64,000 bases of DNA. Source: Phycisphaerae bacterium. Lineage in GTDB: Bacteria; Planctomycetota; Phycisphaerae; UBA1845; Fen-1342. Both the position numbers and the translations under genes were made by a program. Location of the stretch: assembly GCA_050115495.1 (NCBI GenBank), contig JASFQK010000032.1:1-64000 (forward strand). Reading direction: 5' to 3'. Under the pieces are notes generated by a model that was not told the origin of the DNA, ran no database searches, and was given only the letters and a program-made list of their open reading frames with translations. Shown here in pieces: positions 62,488 to 64,000 of the stretch (positions are counted from its first letter, which is position 1; the number at the start of each line of letters is the position of its first letter).

Positions 62488-64000
62488 ATGAGCCGCAGCA
62501 TCGTGGAACGTCTGGCCGACGAACACCTGGTGGCTCTTGCCGCCGCCGGGGACGCGTGGCCGCGCGCCCTGCTTTCGACCACGCCGGTGCCCGACGGCTG
62601 GCTGGCGCTGGTCGAACGCCGCGACGGCGGCCGCCGGCTCGTTCCCGCCGGCGAGGATCCGGCGGCGGAGCGCGGCGATCGACTACTGCTCGTGCGCGAT
62701 CGGTCGCTCACGGTGCCGCTGCACCTCGCGGAGGTACGCACCGCTTCGGGACACGCCGTGTCGGCTACGGTGGAGATCGTCCTCCGCTGGCAGGGCCGCG
62801 ATGATGATGTCGCCGCTCTGGGCCGCTCGCTGCTGGTCGGCGACGAGCTCACCCTGGATCAACTGGCCCGGGCCGTCGATGATGGCGGCGGGCGCGCAAC
62901 ACTGCTCGCCTTCATTCGCGAGCGTGGCGCCGTCGACCTCGTGCACGAGGATTGCAGTGCCGACCTGCTCGCCGTCCTGCGCGAGGGGTTCAAGCGCTTC
63001 CTGTTTTCGAGCGGGGCGACGCTCGAACGGCTGGCCGTGGCACGCTTTGCGAGTCCGGCACTCGCCGAAGAGGAGACGCTCCGCCGCGAGACGGCCGCCC
63101 ACGTCGAGCGGATCAAAGCCCACGAGATGGTGCAACAGGCTGCGCTCGCCGCCACGCAGCGCCGCCTCGAAGGGCTCAGCGGCATCTTCACTCAGCTTCA
63201 GTCCGCCGCCGGCGGCGACGAGCGCATGCAGTGGCACGACCTGCTGCCCGCCCTCTCGCCCGGCGATCGTGGTCGCCTGCTCGAAAACCTGTGGCGCATC
63301 ACACCCGACCGCTATACCGCCACTGCAATCGTGGTCGTCGCCGGCCAGGAATGCCTGTGGCTCGCCCCGGCGCCGCCACACGATATAACGCGTCGCGTGA
63401 CACTCGCCGAAAGTCTAGGCGGTGTGCGCTCGGTGGCGTTCTGTTCGCAGCGCAACTGGCTGCTGGTCGGTGCGGCACGTGGCGTGTGGGCCCTGGCGGC
63501 TGACAGCGGCGAAACGCAGGGTTGCTTCGAAGTGCCCGACGCGCCGGCGCCACGCACGGGCTTCAACGCGATCGCGGTCGCCGGCGACGTGCTCTACGCG
63601 ACGCACTCGCAGCTTGGCTGCTGGCGTTGGCCGCTGGCGGAGCCGGACAAGGCCGAATGTCTGCTCGCTCCGGCGGACGGTCAGCCTCGCGCGGTCCGCG
63701 CCGTCACGGCCACTGACGACGGTCGCATCCTATTCGCGACCGATCAGACCGTGCAGCTCTACGACCCGGCCGCCGGCAGCGTCACGGCGCTCGCCGACGC
63801 GGGCGACACGATCCACAGCCTGGCCACGATCGAGCAGCACGTGTTCATCGGTACGGCTGACGGCCGCATCCTCCAATGCGCTCTGGACGGCGGCGGCGAG
63901 CACCGCGTCGTGCACCGCGCCCGACACGCCATCGAGTCCATCCAACCCCGCCGCTGGAACGACCTGATCGAGCTCGTCATGCCCGCGGGGATCGAGGGCA
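62488..64000 (+). CDS. Partial ORF (runs off the window): SPFH/Band-7-like N-terminal domain, coiled coil, beta-propeller
   Basis: AAGGAG then ATG at 62488; read by hand with no in-frame stop for 504 codons. VPDGWLALV...LVPAG, EVRTASGHAVSATVEIVLRW and FLFSSGATLERLAVARFASP are SPFH-like. GVRSVAF, GFNAIAV, AVRAVTATDDG and IHSLAT...VFIGTADGRI are WD40-like blades. Confidence 0.75.
   Translation, partial: MSRSIVERLADEHLVALAAAGDAWPRALLSTTPVPDGWLALVERRDGGRRLVPAGEDPAAERGDRLLLVRDRSLTVPLHLAEVRTASGHAVSATVEIVLRWQGRDDDVAALGRSLLVGDELTLDQLARAVDDGGGRATLLAFIRERGAVDLVHEDCSADLLAVLREGFKRFLFSSGATLERLAVARFASPALAEEETLRRETAAHVERIKAHEMVQQAALAATQRRLEGLSGIFTQLQSAAGGDERMQWHDLLPALSPGDRGRLLENLWRITPDRYTATAIVVVAGQECLWLAPAPPHDITRRVTLAESLGGVRSVAFCSQRNWLLVGAARGVWALAADSGETQGCFEVPDAPAPRTGFNAIAVAGDVLYATHSQLGCWRWPLAEPDKAECLLAPADGQPRAVRAVTATDDGRILFATDQTVQLYDPAAGSVTALADAGDTIHSLATIEQHVFIGTADGRILQCALDGGGEHRVVHRARHAIESIQPRRWNDLIELVMPAGIEG

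Noticed and set aside
1..64000. tRNA, rRNA, integrase or transposase genes
   Set aside because: None recognised by eye; tRNAscan/Infernal were not run, so small RNAs could be missed.

Overview
A GC-rich bacterial chromosomal window. The gene repertoire suggests Planctomycetota, possibly Phycisphaerae; this is an inference from the TPR/alpha-CTD protein, the Tat-exported Gfo/Idh/MocA enzymes, DUF1080 and HEAT-repeat proteins, and the repeat types. Housekeeping genes include tsaD, tgt, yajC, metH, ftsK, mlaEF, queF and an flgM-like gene. There is a furanoside-utilisation operon (YtfQRT-YjfF-type ABC transporter with GH127-like and GH2 hydrolases). A periplasmic sugar-redox/glycosylation cluster contains two Tat Gfo/Idh/MocA enzymes, a 7-heme cytochrome c/cytochrome b fusion, ApbE, GT-C-like proteins, a GT2 and a ThuA-DUF1080 protein. 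An ECF sigma cassette and modular GTAG-type REP-like repeat arrays are also present. The standout is a co-directional operon from about 56143 to the window end that looks like a bacterial ESCRT-type membrane-remodelling system. It encodes a Ser/Thr kinase with double zinc ribbon, zinc-ribbon membrane proteins, and three ESCRT-III/Snf7-like coiled-coil proteins, one fused to a restriction-endonuclease-like domain and a winged helix. It also encodes a MIT-like-domain Vps4/CdvC-like AAA ATPase, a TM2 protein and a truncated SPFH/beta-propeller protein missing from the ORF track. All family calls are by motif recognition only; no searches were run. No tRNA, rRNA or CRISPR array was recognised.
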